The position numbers and the translations under genes were made by a program. This document shows positions 1 through 13,327 of a DNA stretch of 64,000 nt, piece after piece; the first letter of the stretch is position 1, and each line of letters begins with the position of its first letter. Origin of the DNA: Octopus sinensis (Eukaryota); the NCBI RefSeq assembly GCF_006345805.1, contig NC_043012.1, forward strand, positions 12,834,001-12,898,000. Direction: 5' to 3'. A model generated the notes under the pieces. It did not search any database. It worked only from the letters and a program-made list of their open reading frames with translations, and was not told where the DNA came from.

Positions 1-170
1 ATAATTGTTCTCCTTTACCAAATGACAGAAATGTTTTGTATAAACCAGACATTTCTCTCTCATTATATTAAATGTACACTTAGCCATCATTGTTATGGTT
101 CTTACATCACATTTGGTTTGTTTATACAAATTATGAAAGCCATATATGTGTTCTAATTTTCGTTATGTGT

Positions 171-226
171 ATCTCCTGACGAAGACAATGTTGACGAATG
201 TTGAAGATGAAAAACGCGTTTGCGAT
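171..226 (+). ncRNA. Decayed hammerhead-like motif
   Basis: atctc-CTGACGA-...caatgtt gacg aatgttg...-GAAA-palindromic aaacgcgttt-gcgat. Stem II closure and stem I are imperfect. Confidence 0.3.
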
Positions 227-479
227 TGTCCCTGTTTTAAATTTCATCTAATAATCGCCTTAGTAGCATGTCATCTTTTAATAATTTTCCCTTTTAAAGA
301 TTGTCTCCCTTTTCTGAGTAGTACGTAGTTATCATCAAGTGTTTGCTGAACCTACTCTGGTAGCGAAATTTCAATAAACAAAATATCTATCTTCAATATT
401 TTCTCATGTCTGTTTTGTTGAATGTGTCTGCGTTTGTATGAGTGCATATTTATATAAAGTGTACACAAATATACATACA

Positions 480-600
480 ATATCTTTTATATTCTGTACT
501 TGCTGTAGTCGTTAGACTGCACTCATGCTGGACAATCTCCTGAAGAATTTAGTTAACCAATTCCACTGAGTTCTACATCTTAAATTTGGTTTATAGTCTG
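480..600 (-). mobile_element. Diverged SINE family B 3' tail
   Basis: Resembles the reverse complement of the tail of the near-complete copy at 61517-61902 (ccagcatg...cagtc...gactgaaac). Confidence 0.45.
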
Positions 601-1554
601 TACATCTCTCTATGCCAAACTGTTAATTTTCAGAGATATACAATGATAAATGCCGGTGGACAAATTGTTGAATGCAAAAGCAAACCCGCTTGCAAATGCA
701 CAAAGCAGGCAGATAGACATGATTTTATCTACTCACATACACATACTTGAGTGTATGTTTGTGTTTGTGCTTCTGTGTGTATGTGTGAATATGTGTTTGT
801 TTTTGTGGATATGTGTGTTTGTGTTTGTGTGTGTGTAATAGAGAGGAAAGGTGTGCGTAGAGAGGAAAGGTTAAATAAGAAAAACCTGGAGAAAATGAAA
901 TGCAAAAATTTGATTTAGAATTACCAGTCTATAAGCTAATCTCTTGTTCGCAAATATATTCAATGCTATTCGATTGATGTAGGAAAACCTTATTCATAGG
1001 AGCTAACAAACAAATTTATACCAATACAGCGATATGTATGCATATATTTATGTATCTAAGTACACAAATTTACACCCACACATTAAAACAGGTCCACTTA
1101 TAATTATACCATTTTAGTTTAGGTAGTTATAGAGTAAGACGGCAGACAGCAACCAATTAGTTTAAAGACTTCGTCGCAAGTTAAACATATCTGCTTTATT
1201 TCCGTACGGATAATTTAGTGGTTTTATATATATATATATATATATCAGGACATCATTCTGTTCAGTGAATTTCGAAAAGGATATTATACCTAGATTGCTC
1301 ATCGACAAGAAGATAATTGTTGTCAATTTAGTACACATTAATGACTATATATATATGTGTGTGTGTGTGTGTGTATGCACGCGCGTGCGTGTGTGTGCGT
1401 GTATAGTCACATACCGATACTGTATCCTAGTATATCGGATGCTGCTGTCGAGTAGAAACAAATGCATTATGCACACCTAACCACGCATAGGTACACACAC
1501 TTTCGCACACATACACAGACACACGGAGACTAGCATTACCATATTATCACTCTC

Positions 1555-1595
<41 letters not shown>

Positions 1596-1849
1596 TATAT
1601 GTATGTATATGACGTCAAGAATCCTTCTGATGCTAATATTCTATAGAAACGCCCTATATAAATGTGCTGGGGAAAATAACATACAATTTAATGCAGGCAG
1701 ATTCCAAGCTCTGCGCTACAAATTGGTGCTCAGAAATCACGACAACGATACTTTGGACCAAAAGGAGCGGCAATCTCAAAATTACATTTGGTTCCTTTTC
1801 CCGAGATTGATACGAGCAATGATGCCTTGTTTTACCCACATATCATTAT

Positions 1850-2520
1850 GACGGTGGCAGTGTGCAGGCGAATGGACAGAAAGATTCTGAGAAACGTTAG
1901 AACAAGGGACCAGGAAACTACGCTGGTCTTATGGACGACTTGTGTCCTCAGCGGTCTTGGCTACAGTTCTCAACATTGGCCAACCTACAGTGTCAGATTA
2001 ATCGCAGTGTTTCAGTAATGTTACGGAAGAATAATTGCATCAAAAGAACAGCTGAACTACTGGGGGAGACTGAAAGAGCTACGAATGTACTCCCTGAAGT
2101 GAAGACGGGAGATGTATGCAGTGATATACGTGTAGCACCAAACTCTGAAATCCGGAGTTACACAAGAACCTGAAACAGGCGTCACTGCACTCCTCCAGAT
2201 TTTCCAAATGTCCCATCTAGAGTGAAGCGCATGTACTGCTATAACGCGGTATTTAAGGACCCACAGTTATATAACGCCTCGCCAAATCATCTTAGGAATA
2301 TTCATAGAGATACTGTAGATGTCGTCAAGAAACAATTTGACCGCTTGCTATTCAAGGAATCAGATGAATCAATTTCAAGTCAGAAGTGCCATAAGAAGGC
2401 ATCTGTATCCAAATCCCACCATCACCAAAGACCAATCATATATGATTGGCCATTGAAAAGGTGAATACACTGGCGGTACCCCAGCTTGACCACAGCCTCA
2501 GGGCTGAAACGCGTAAATCA
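1850..2520 (+). mobile_element. CR1-group LINE 3' remnant (RT C-terminus and 3' UTR), decayed
   Basis: Broken frames align by eye with ORF 56044-56607 (ELLGRLKELRMYSL, TGRHC, PQLYNASPNHLRNI, DVVKKQFD, DESI). Shares the 3' end ggcggtaccccagc...ctgaaac. Confidence 0.8.
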
Positions 2521-2548
2521 ACAAACAAATAAGTATGCATTATTTACA

Positions 2549-2575
2549 TTATTATTATTATTACTATTATTATTA

Positions 2576-2619
<44 letters not shown>

Positions 2620-2690
2620 TTGCTGCTTGGAATCGAACTCGGGATCTTGAGGTTAGTAGCCCGCGCTGTTAACCACTACCTCATATGGGT
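2549..2690 (-). mobile_element. Short tRNA-derived SINE with (AAT)n tail
   Basis: Minus strand reads gaggtagtggttaacagcgcgggctactaacctcaagatcccgagttcgattcc (A- and B-box-like), followed directly by about 22 AAT units. Confidence 0.65.
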
Positions 2691-2732
2691 CTGTTTTTTT
2701 TCCCTTTTGGCCGTTACCCTGTACGTATAAAC

Positions 2733-2972
2733 AAATACCTATTTCTTTATTACCCACAAGGGGCTAAACATAGAGGGGACAAACAGGGACAGACATAGGT
2801 ATTAAGTCGATTACATCGACTCCAGTGCGTAACTGGTACTTATTTAATCGACCCCGAAAGGATGAAAGGCAAAGTCGACCTCGGCGGAATTTGAACGCAG
2901 AATGGTAACGGCAGACGAAATACCGCTAAGCACTTCACCCGGCGTGCTAACGCTTCTGCCAGCTCGCCGCCT
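2733..2972 (-). mobile_element. SINE family A, full length
   Basis: One of about 10 copies sharing cgaccccgaaaggatgaaaggcaaagtcgacctcggcggaatttgaac. Has a tRNA-like head and ends aaagaaataggtattt. Confidence 0.9.
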
Positions 2973-4111
2973 TTTAACAAATACGTCTGATAAACAAATA
3001 CGTCTGATATACCTGTGCACGTGCATATGTAACATATGATTATTTTTATGGATGGCGGTTTGGTAGTTAGGGCGAAAAAGATGTCTTAGGGTGAGAGAGA
3101 TAGCTTAAAGTGAGTCAGAAGAAGATGGGTAGATAAAGAGAAAGAGAGTGAGGGAGGGAGAAGTAACATTCATGAAGTAGTAGTGCATGCTTTTGTTAAA
3201 ATACCGAAGACAACAAAAAAACGCGCATCAAAACTGGTAGTTAATTGCCACATAATTGTGTTGCATCATCAATATTTGTGCGTAAATCTACAACCAATTT
3301 CAACTTTGCAACAAAAGCAAAAACTAGATATTACTACATACAATTTATCGATAATTTTTATACTAAAATTAAGTGCACTGAAGTTGCTATTAATATTAAG
3401 ATAATATGTTTTATCCTAAATTTTGTTTTATAAATTATTATAAAAGTTTCAACGATATATTTATCAGAATCCCCCTTAATTGAATCTATAGTAAAATACC
3501 AATACATTGCCACGTATAGAAGACATAACATCCATCTACCCCGTTTAATTAGAATACTATACTGTATTATATTAAATTAAATTACATTTTCCATATTATA
3601 TTATATACTTTTTTGATCGGTACTACAATTAGTAGCCGTTTTTAACGCTTATCATCGATTATGATTATATATCTAATGGTATATTTTAAGAGTTCATTTA
3701 TATTCATGAACACATGAAAAACCAGTCTCCATTTTAGCACCTATGAGACGGCTCCTAGAATATAAGATCAAAAATAATTCTTCTAGCCAGGCCCAATTAA
3801 GCAGTTTCAATATAAAATTTAAATTGATTTACTTTAATTCAATTTCTGTAATTTAACTAATTGGTTATGGAAACGGTTGTAGGATTAGAATTTCATTCTA
3901 TGGATTTGAATATCTTCAAATAAACTTATGTCTGCATGTCAATTTCTACTTTTTCTTCTTTTTCTCATATATATATATAAAGAATGGCAAAAGAAAAAAT
4001 TCTAATGCCAAATATGCCGAAAATAGACAAATTGTCAATAACCATATAATTTATCACTTATAAACACGCGTCTCGAAGCAAGACGACAGAAATTTCTAAA
4101 AAAATCCGTCA

Positions 4112-4172
4112 TTATCGTATCGGTCCCAATTTCAGAGTTAATTCATAAGAATTTTCTCCTCGTCAGCAATAA
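4112..4172 (-). ncRNA. Type I hammerhead ribozyme, complete
   Basis: Minus strand: ttattg-CTGACGA-ggag aa aattc ttat gaatt aa ctct-GAAA-ttgg ga ccga-TA-cgataa. 6-bp stem I, extended stem II, stem III with 2-nt loop. Predicted cut 4118/4117. Confidence 0.8.
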
Positions 4173-4189
4173 ATACGTAAGACATAAAT

Positions 4190-5140
4190 GAAATACTTAC
4201 TCATACCCATGGAAGAAGCAAGCACTAATGATCCAGAATATTATTGTTTATGCAAAGTTTCCAAATCTACAAACACAACCAATTCTGTATCGACATGTCA
4301 CTAAAAGCACACTCCATGGTCCATGTGGTAGAGATAACCCACTGCAACATGTATGCTTGATGGGACGTCTAATGTTGAATTGGATAATCGTTCAGTAGTT
4401 CCATATTCACCCTTCTTTCTAGTCAAATATGGAGGTCATTGTAATTTAGAGATATGTGCATCTGTAAAAACAGTTACATCTATTAGCAAATATACGCATA
4501 AAGGTCATGATTGGGGGCAGTCAATATTAGCGGACAAACAGAGAAATGTGAAATTGAAAATTATATCAAAGGCCGCTTTATATCCTCATCAGAGACAGTC
4601 TGGAGGATTTAGTGTTGTAATTACATAGTTGATATCCTGCAGTCAAAGAGTTTACAGTTCATTTACCCCGCAACAGCAATACATTTACTTTAAAGATAAT
4701 GATGATATTGAACATGCTATCTACACACATGACAGGTCCACACTCACTGAATGCGAGTGAGTTAACCGGGTATCTTCAGCTAACTCAATTGCACGTACGT
4801 TACACTATACCGATTTCCCTGAATTTTACACATGGAATAATAGGGAGAAACTGTGGTATCTCAGAAATAATAACACACACTCAATTGCGGGTGTCTACTT
4901 TGTTTCAGTAATGGAACAAGAGGAATTCTATCTGATAGCTTTACTGCATTATATTCCCCGAGCTACACCATTTGAATATATGGGGACTATTAATGGTGTA
5001 GTTACAAAGAGGCTGTATTGAAACTGGGTTTAGGACATGATGACCCTTAATACCACCAGACTATGGAGTTTGGAAATATTTCAGCTACTCAATATCAGTT
5101 GCGAAGAATTTTCTGCTCCATTCTTAATTACCGCAATCTC
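4190..5140 (+). mobile_element. Helitron Rep/helicase fragment, pseudogenised
   Basis: Motifs LHGPCG, VVPYSPF...YGGHCNLEIC...KYTHKGHD, DFPEFYTW and EEFYL in broken frames, typical of Helitron RepHel. Confidence 0.8.
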
Positions 5141-5219
5141 TATGTATATTTATGTATATATATTATACAAATAAGATACAATGAAAAATACGCTTAGAGA
5201 TAGCGTGTTCGCACTAGTG

Positions 5220-5424
5220 TATGTTTATATATATATATATATATATAATATATATATAATATATATATATATGTATATATATATTATATATATAATATAT
5301 ATATGTATATATATATTATATATTATATATTATATATATACACACACACACACACACATATATATATGTATATATATATATATATTATATATATATACAT
5401 ATATATATATATATACACACACAT

Positions 5425-5483
<59 letters not shown>

Positions 5484-5560
5484 ATATATATATATATATG
5501 CATACACACATACGAAGACACACATTCACACACAAAACACACACACACACGCATATCTAC
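5220..5560. repeat. (TA)n/(CA)n compound microsatellite
   Basis: Direct inspection. One of dozens of such tracts that generate the YI/IY/VC ORFs. Confidence 0.95.
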
Positions 5561-6067
5561 AGAGACATGTACATACACGCTTATATGCATCTACATACGC
5601 TAACCTGCGTTCGTGCTTGCAGGTGCGTGTGCCGGTCTCTGAGTGTATGTGCGTAATACTACCTTAATCGATATCCTGTTTTGCTTTGCCGCTTTTTTAT
5701 GTAGTTTTATAAACAGAATTTTCCGGAATGACGTAGTTTCTTGTCAACAAATTCAAGTAATTACTAATTTATTATTACATTGTTTGGTATTTGTTTCTTA
5801 TAAAGTTTCTTGCTGAAAGAAAGAATTTCTTTAGGGCTAGCTATGATAATACTAATTAAAATCAGTATTTGACATATTTTATCTTATTCAAAAGTTATAT
5901 TAATCATGTGGGTGTATTTCATCGAAAACAGAATTTCAATGTTTTCCGCCAGATATACATAACAAACGTAATTAGTTTACTGCTTGTGTTATAAACAAAT
6001 ATTTTTTATTATAGATCTGAAAGCAGAAAAATAAGAGTGAATGGATTTCTTTATATTCATACATATG

Positions 6068-6230
6068 TAGGGGTGGCTGTGTGATATGATTCTGGCTTTA
6101 AAACCACATAGTCCCAGGTTCAGTCCCACTTAGGGGGACACGATGGGCGAGTGTTTGCTACTATAGCTTCTGGCCTACCGCAGATTTCTGAGTGAATATG
6201 GTTGACGAAGAATCAAAGAAGCCACCACTC
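6068..6230 (+). mobile_element. SINE family B head, diverged
   Basis: ggggtggctgtgtgatatg...ggttcagtcccact...gtgtttgctactatagc matches the 61517 copy. Confidence 0.6.
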
Positions 6231-7194
6231 TTTTTCTTCTTTTTATTTCTTTTTTGTATAATGGACCAGTTATTCAAATGTCGCACTCCATTCTGTTTGA
6301 GGTTCTAGACGAGGTTCGATAGAAATGTGGAATATCTTTTATTTATATTTGAAAATGATGCGAGATGGTTTTGCTGATGATTTTTCATTTTTATGCTGCA
6401 CCATTTAACAGAATATCACAGGCATGCAACCTATATCCAGACGAATGATAACATCCAGAGAAAACGGATCGGCACTCTGAGGTGATCATATCATGTGAAT
6501 GTAAGGAAACATCATTTCTGGAACCTAAAGATCATATTTTGAAACAAAATAACACTTTATAGAACAGAACGAACCCAAGAAAATAAACGACCCAACCCAT
6601 ATTTAATATGGTATACACTATACCTCCAGAAGCAATGATAAAGTCACCATAAGAAAGTATCATTTACCAACTACGTAAAAACTACATCAACTGACACATA
6701 GTAGCAGTATCAAATTACCTGTTGACCTCAGAATTTATTGAAGATAGTCATGCCTTAAATGAAATAAAAAAAAAGAATGTATAACACAACCTTAACATCT
6801 GTTGAAAGAATAGCCATATCAGTCGACACCACCACACACACACCTCCATCCTCATATAACTACCATTCCTTTATCCATTTCCCCCCGCCCCACCCAATAC
6901 ACACAGAAGTACACCATGAGACGCCATACCTCCATACTTGTGAAATGGGATAAAATCCGTCTGTTATACATGCATGAATACGATAATGCCTGACGAAAGG
7001 AATCCATGAAGATGATCAATCCACAGGAATACGGACTGTGATCTGAAGAGACACGTTTTGTGGAAATGTGCATTGCAATCCATGAAACGTTTATAAACTC
7101 CATCCAAGGATTATTATGTATATATATATTTACTTACATATATTATATCCCTATACATTCATGTATGTGTGTGTGTGCTTGTGTGTGAGTGTGT

Positions 7195-7410
7195 GCGTGT
7201 GTGAATGTTTTTGTGCCTCGACTCAAACGCCGCTTGTGAAATAGTTTTGAAGATTTTACTTTCCCATAAATTAACAGTTCGGGAAAGGACCTATTGAATA
7301 AGTAGAAGGCTTAAGATCAGTACATATTGGTAACGATATTTTCGACTAAAATTCTTCAATAATGTACACCCGTATGACTGCTGTATAATGACTGAAGTGT
7401 ATAGACAAAG
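7195..7410 (+). mobile_element. SINE family B tail, diverged
   Basis: Similar to 61690-61900 and follows a (TG)n tract. Confidence 0.45.
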
Positions 7411-7719
7411 GTATCAAATAAGCTGTATAACCGACGATGAATTAGGTTTGAAAATAACCGCTTAATTATAAATTTCTGTGTTTCATTTCAGCAATTATCC
7501 AATTATTATACAACACAATTTCAGACTTTAGCTTTGCGATAGTTACGTTATCTTTTCTAAGGCTAACACTCAGTTTCATCCTGCATTTAATACAGTATTC
7601 AAACTGGTTTTGGAAGGAAAGTAAACAACATATTTTTGTGTACATAATTCCAATTGTTACTCATAATTCAGTGCCTAAATCCTCGGGCAGTCCATATGTT
7701 GCGACGAAAATTGTTCCAG

Positions 7720-7960
7720 TCGATTCGTATCATCGGAACCACATGCCCGTGAAATTAACTTGCAAGTGGCTCAGGACTCCACAGACCTACTCTTAATATA
7801 GTTCTCAGTAGCATTCAGCGTGACAGAATTTGGCTAGACTCGTCCTTTCACTTACAACCCATTTTATGGCAGCTGAATGGACTGGAGTAATGTGAAATAG
7901 AGAGCTATTCCTAAAAGAAACAAGGCACCGCCGGGAAACGAACTCACAACCACTTAGAAA
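7720..7960 (-). mobile_element. tRNA/CORE-like SINE carrying a family D-type tail, diverged
   Basis: gtgaaattaacttgcaagtggctcaggactccacagac mirrors 50580-50620. gctgaatggactggagtaatgtgaaat mirrors 59418-59450. Confidence 0.55.
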
Positions 7961-9299
7961 CGCTCATTTACTAATATGCCTAAATACATACATTGAAGCA
8001 TATTCTTAATGAAACGTTCACAAAGACGATTCCATTCCTAAACTCCACTACAAAGTTGCCAATAATTGAATAGCTTACATAAAAAAGATTAATGTGATAT
8101 AAACAATAATATCGCCTTACATAAGAGTAATTCTCTTTCATTCTGGTGTATTGACACTTGGATATATACACACTCAATAACTTCTAAGTAGTATATTTAA
8201 TTTACGCAAGTATTAAAGAAGCCAAAACATAAAGAAATATCATTATTGTTCTAGTGGAACATTCAGGTATTGCTTGTTGCATGCAAACAAAGTTATTTCT
8301 ATTCCCTGTAACAGAATTTGGTAAATACATTAATCATTCTGCTTAGGTGATAAGGTAATGAAACAAGTGAATAGAAATTGATCAACCAACAATTTAAAAT
8401 TTAAAAGCTTTGAGTGAAAAACAGGAGTGCCCTTAGATGAAAAAAAAATAGAGTAGATGAAAAGACAATTATCAGAAATTTAATAAATACTAAATAGCGG
8501 TGTTTATACATATGAGAGTACTGTTTTTCAAGAAGCTTTTGACCTGTTCTGACGAAAATCCTGGGCTAAGAACATCGTGAACTGTGGAAAGTGTAAATCA
8601 GTAACAGGTATTACATATTTCAAACGACAAAGCAAATTGTTAATACCGTATGCTTGAAAGTATGATAGCAAAACATATCCAGAAGAGAGAAGTATCAATC
8701 TATATTAATGGCTACCAGAGGTTTTTATAGAAAGGATCATACTAGAGTGTATATAATATCCACCAACAACACCTGGAATATCCATTTTATGTATAAAACT
8801 TGCTTGGTTACACTATTCAAATAGGCTGTTCCATTTTCTCCCATCACAAACCAACACCCATACACACAATCATACACAGACACCCACACATACACCTCTA
8901 CACACACACATGTACACACACATAAACAAATAGGAAAATATATTCTGAACGAAATGCATCGGCAAAATATTTCATTTGAACATTTCCTATACCATCAGAT
9001 ATTTGATAATCTCTGAGTGATATTGATAAGAGACTTCCCGAATTGGTGCTTATCGGATTTAACAATATATTACCACCGAGTGATTTCTTTATATTGTGTT
9101 AGTTTAGAGCTTATTCCATACGCTCTCGGTATATTAAGGCTTAACCTGAAGGTATTAAAAGGGAAGGAAAGGCGGAGCGATAAAAAAGTACCATTGGGGA
9201 TTCGGAAAAGAAATAAAAGGAACTTTGAATTATGGAACAAGCTCACTTAGTTTGTCATACTTATATGGTAACGGACAAATAACCAGTAAAATTTGATAT

Positions 9300-9745
9300 A
9301 TGAAATAAAAAAAAAATTGCAGATTTAACAAAGGGAATAAATCGATTACTGTCAAGGCGGAGCGAGAAATTCGTCTTAAAATCTCTGGTATCCAGATTGT
9401 GCAGCTGAAAGAAAAATAATCAGATTGAAATTCAGTCGAAAGGAATTAGCATACCACGAGATATGGACAGAATATCAATAACAATCACATGTAAATTATC
9501 CCAAGAAAAGACATTTATCTTAGAAGGATTTCCGGAATGGGGAAAACGATTTTAAGGATAATGGGCTCTGGTGAGAAATTTTCAGAAGATATATTGACCC
9601 TCTGCCACTGCGATCCAGGAACGATTCAGTGTAATATATCCACTGAATATAAACTAGTTTTCGCATATTTCCATATCTATGGAAAGAATATTAACCATAT
9701 TTCATTGGGAGATCTCAAGAAGTATATTAAAATCCCATACTAGCT
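9300..9745 (+). pseudogene. Possible decayed LINE ORF1 remnant
   Basis: Frame QIEIQSKGISIPRDMDRISI...EW loosely resembles the Tx1-like ORF1 at 23551-23960. Weak. Confidence 0.2.
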
Positions 9746-9789
9746 GGCAATATTTGATAATAAGAAAGGGAGTAACTATTTATTGGTAC

Positions 9790-9931
9790 AGGCATAGCTG
9801 TGTGGTTAGAAAGCTAGTCTGCAACCACGAGGATTAATGCTCACTCCACTAGGAGCAAATTGGGCAAGAGCTATACCATATGAAGGAATTCGGTAGATGG
9901 AAAATTGCGTGGAAACACAGCGAATGTAAAC

Positions 9932-9935
<4 letters not shown>
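9790..9935 (+). mobile_element. SINE family B head, diverged
   Basis: ggcatagctgtgtggttag...caaccac...ttgggcaagagctatacc. Confidence 0.55.
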
Positions 9936-9975
<40 letters not shown>

Positions 9976-10072
9976 CATAAATACACACATACACACCTTT
10001 CACTCACTCATACACACACACGTACGCGGCCCACAAGCACTTACATGCACGTCCACTCGTGCATGTATATAC

Positions 10073-10103
<31 letters not shown>

Positions 10104-10110
10104 TATACAG

Positions 10111-10143
<33 letters not shown>

Positions 10144-10319
10144 TACATACATACATACATACATACATACATACATACATACATACATACATACATACAT
10201 ACATACATACAAGTGATCTAGTTCCATAATTCAAACTTCCTTTTATTTGTTTTCGAAATCTCCAATTGTACGTTTTACATATATATATGAGTGTGTGTGT
10301 GTTTGTGTGTGTGCGTGTA

Positions 10320-10373
<54 letters not shown>

Positions 10374-11031
10374 ACGCATCTGTCAACGTTTAACTTTGTA
10401 CCTATATTTGACTTGTCTCCAACATCATCTTAAAAGCACCTCCGGTTTGTTTAGCCCTACATAACTCAGCGATTCCCAAAATGGTCTGTAGAATAATTGC
10501 CACGATTGAAAGAAGCATAACAACAGGGATCGATTTGTTAGACTAAAATATTTCAAGGCAGTCACGCAGAATATTCGAAGTAAAAGATAAAATCTAAAAA
10601 TACCTTGAGAATAAAGTCTTTGACATGATCAGATACTTTTGAATAATTGAGTCATAATTTGATCATTAATCTGTAGAGCGATTGAGTATAACCATCATTC
10701 ATAATCGCTGAATCACATATATTTACTATATTATCGCAAATGAATACGTTGTAGTGAAAATGTACACGTACACAATGACTTTTAATTAAGCAGTGATAAC
10801 AAAAGTGTAACATCATAGGAATACGTTGATTTCAGTAAAATTGCATCACAAAGAAACTTCGAATTATATTGTCCGTAGAGCACACTAAATTGGATGGACC
10901 AATTAAAAATTACTCGTATTATGGAAGGATTCCAGTTAAATGTTGAATTTTATACATCATGGTTCAGAAAATAGCCACGATTAACACTTCGGAAAAGGAA
11001 AGTGGAATGTGATAAACCAAATTTATACAGA

Positions 11032-11110
<79 letters not shown>

Positions 11111-11269
11111 ACACACACAAGTAAGTGGAATCATGGTCGAAACAGAATCATGATAAAATGAAAGAGAGAAGAAAAAGAATTTCTCCGTAAACGTTTGAAC
11201 TCATACATAATTGCTACACAAACCCAGTGACGAAAACAGCACCTGTATCCATCCTGCATTCATTATCAC

Positions 11270-11326
<57 letters not shown>

Positions 11327-11332
11327 CTATCT

Positions 11333-11743
11333 TATTTCTTTATTGACCACAAGGGGCTAAACATAGAGCGGACAAACAAGGAGAAAGGGATTAAGTCGAT
11401 TATATCGGCCCCAGGGCGTAACTGGTAATTAATTTATCGACCCCGAAAGGATGAAAGGCAAAGTCGTCCGCGGCGGAACTTGAGCTCAGAACGTAACGGC
11501 AGACGAAATACCTATTTCTTTACTACCCACAAGGGGCTAAACACAGATGGAACAAACAAGGACAGACAAACGGATTAAGTCGATTATATCGATCCCAGTG
11601 CGTAACTGGTACTTAATTTATCGACCCTGAAAGGATGAAAGGCAAAGTCAACCTCGGCGGAATTTGAACTCAGAACGTGACGGCAGAGGAAATACCGCTA
11701 AGCATTTCGCCCGGCGTGCTAACGTTTCCGACAGCTCGCCGCT
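11333..11743 (-). mobile_element. SINE family A head-to-tail dimer
   Basis: A full copy (11506-11743) is followed on the minus strand by a headless copy (11333-11512), joined through ggtattt. Confidence 0.9.
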
Positions 11744-11806
11744 TTAATATCTATCTATCTATCTTCTATCTATCTATCTATCTATCTATATATATATAAA
11801 TATATA

Positions 11807-11868
<62 letters not shown>

Positions 11869-12159
11869 GGCTGCCTGTTTCTCTGTACACCCACAGGCAC
11901 ACATACGCAGCCACACATACATATGTTAGATAATATTGCTGTAAGTAAGAAATAATTTATTGTTGATGAATAAGATATGCGTGCATATTATATGTAAAAC
12001 TCATTGCATCAGTACGAAGTCACGTTTTTGTTGATTTGTTCATCACTGATTTGCATTTTCAATTATTGTGCAATTATAATTATCTTGTACCGAGCGAAGA
12101 AGGTAAAAATCATAAACACGACGTACATCTTACTCGTCAACACGATAATTACTCTCATT

Positions 12160-12214
12160 CTCATAGTCATCGACGTCGTCGTCGTTGTGGCAGTATCAGT
12201 AGTAATGGTAGAAA

Positions 12215-12268
<54 letters not shown>

Positions 12269-12352
12269 CAGCAGCAGTAGCAGCACAGTAGCAACAGCAA
12301 CAGCAGTAGTAATAGTAGCAGCATCAGTAGCACTAGTAGTAGTAGGATTAGC

Positions 12353-12390
<38 letters not shown>

Positions 12391-12645
12391 TAGCAGCAGC
12401 AGTAGCACTAGTAGTAGTAGGATTAGCAGTAGTAGTAGTAGTAGTAGTAGTAGCGGTGGTGGTGGTTGTGGTGGTGGTGGTGGTGGTGGTGGTAGTAGTA
12501 GTAGAAGTATCAGCAGCAGCAGTATTAGTAGTAGCAGTAGTAGTAGTAGTGGTGGTGGTGGTGGTGGTGGTGGTGGTAGTAGCAGTAGTAGTAGTGGTGG
12601 TGGTGGTGGTGGTGGTGGTGGTGGTAGTAGTAGTAGTAGTATCAT
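12160..12645. repeat. Compound (GTA)/(GCA)/(GTG)n trinucleotide repeat
   Basis: Direct inspection. Source of the poly-V/S/L ORFs. Confidence 0.95.
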
Positions 12646-13264
12646 AATTACGAGTATTATTTCTTAGCGAAATATCGAGATTCTAACTGAAAGACGCTCT
12701 TACTTAATACCATCTCCCCCTCCTCATAGAACCAATATATTGTCATATCTGCACTGGAATCAGCTCCTCAAATGAATATTTTTTTGCTTCCTTGTTATAT
12801 AGTAATCATAATAGTATTAATTTTGTATTAGTGGTGGTAGAAGTTTTACGGAGTGGCAGACAATAGTATATGCTTTTTTTTTTTTTTTTCAATATCTTAT
12901 TTTACAGAATAGAAAATTAATGAGCAGTGTATCCCAATATCTATTTCATTAGAATTTAATAAAATCCACTGAATTTCTTACTGATTTCCATGTTCGTCCA
13001 TAAGATGACTATTATCTTCACTAAGAAAAAGTCATAATCGTAAATATTATTCTTCAACGACCAATTAATTACTTTCATTCTGAAATCGTTTTTTAATGGC
13101 CAATAGTCTGGCCAGTTCATTAATACATATACTTAAATACTTCATATCATTTAATAATACTACTTATCGATGGCAATTTCCTTAAAGAAAGAGAGGTATA
13201 GGCGCAGAGGAAATGTTTCATATAAAGATACCAATATCTTTCTCCTTCTCTCTCTCTCTCTCTC

Positions 13265-13327
<63 letters not shown>

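Noticed and set aside
2617-2690. tRNA-like sequences (also heads at 24250, 38668, 50300, 59480-59550) as genuine tRNA genes
   Set aside because: Acceptor stems are incomplete and each continues into SINE body or tail.
6990-7095. Two CTGANGA cores (6990, 7043) with nearby GAAA
   Set aside because: No register gives stem I, II and III together. Possibly very old relics but unsupported.
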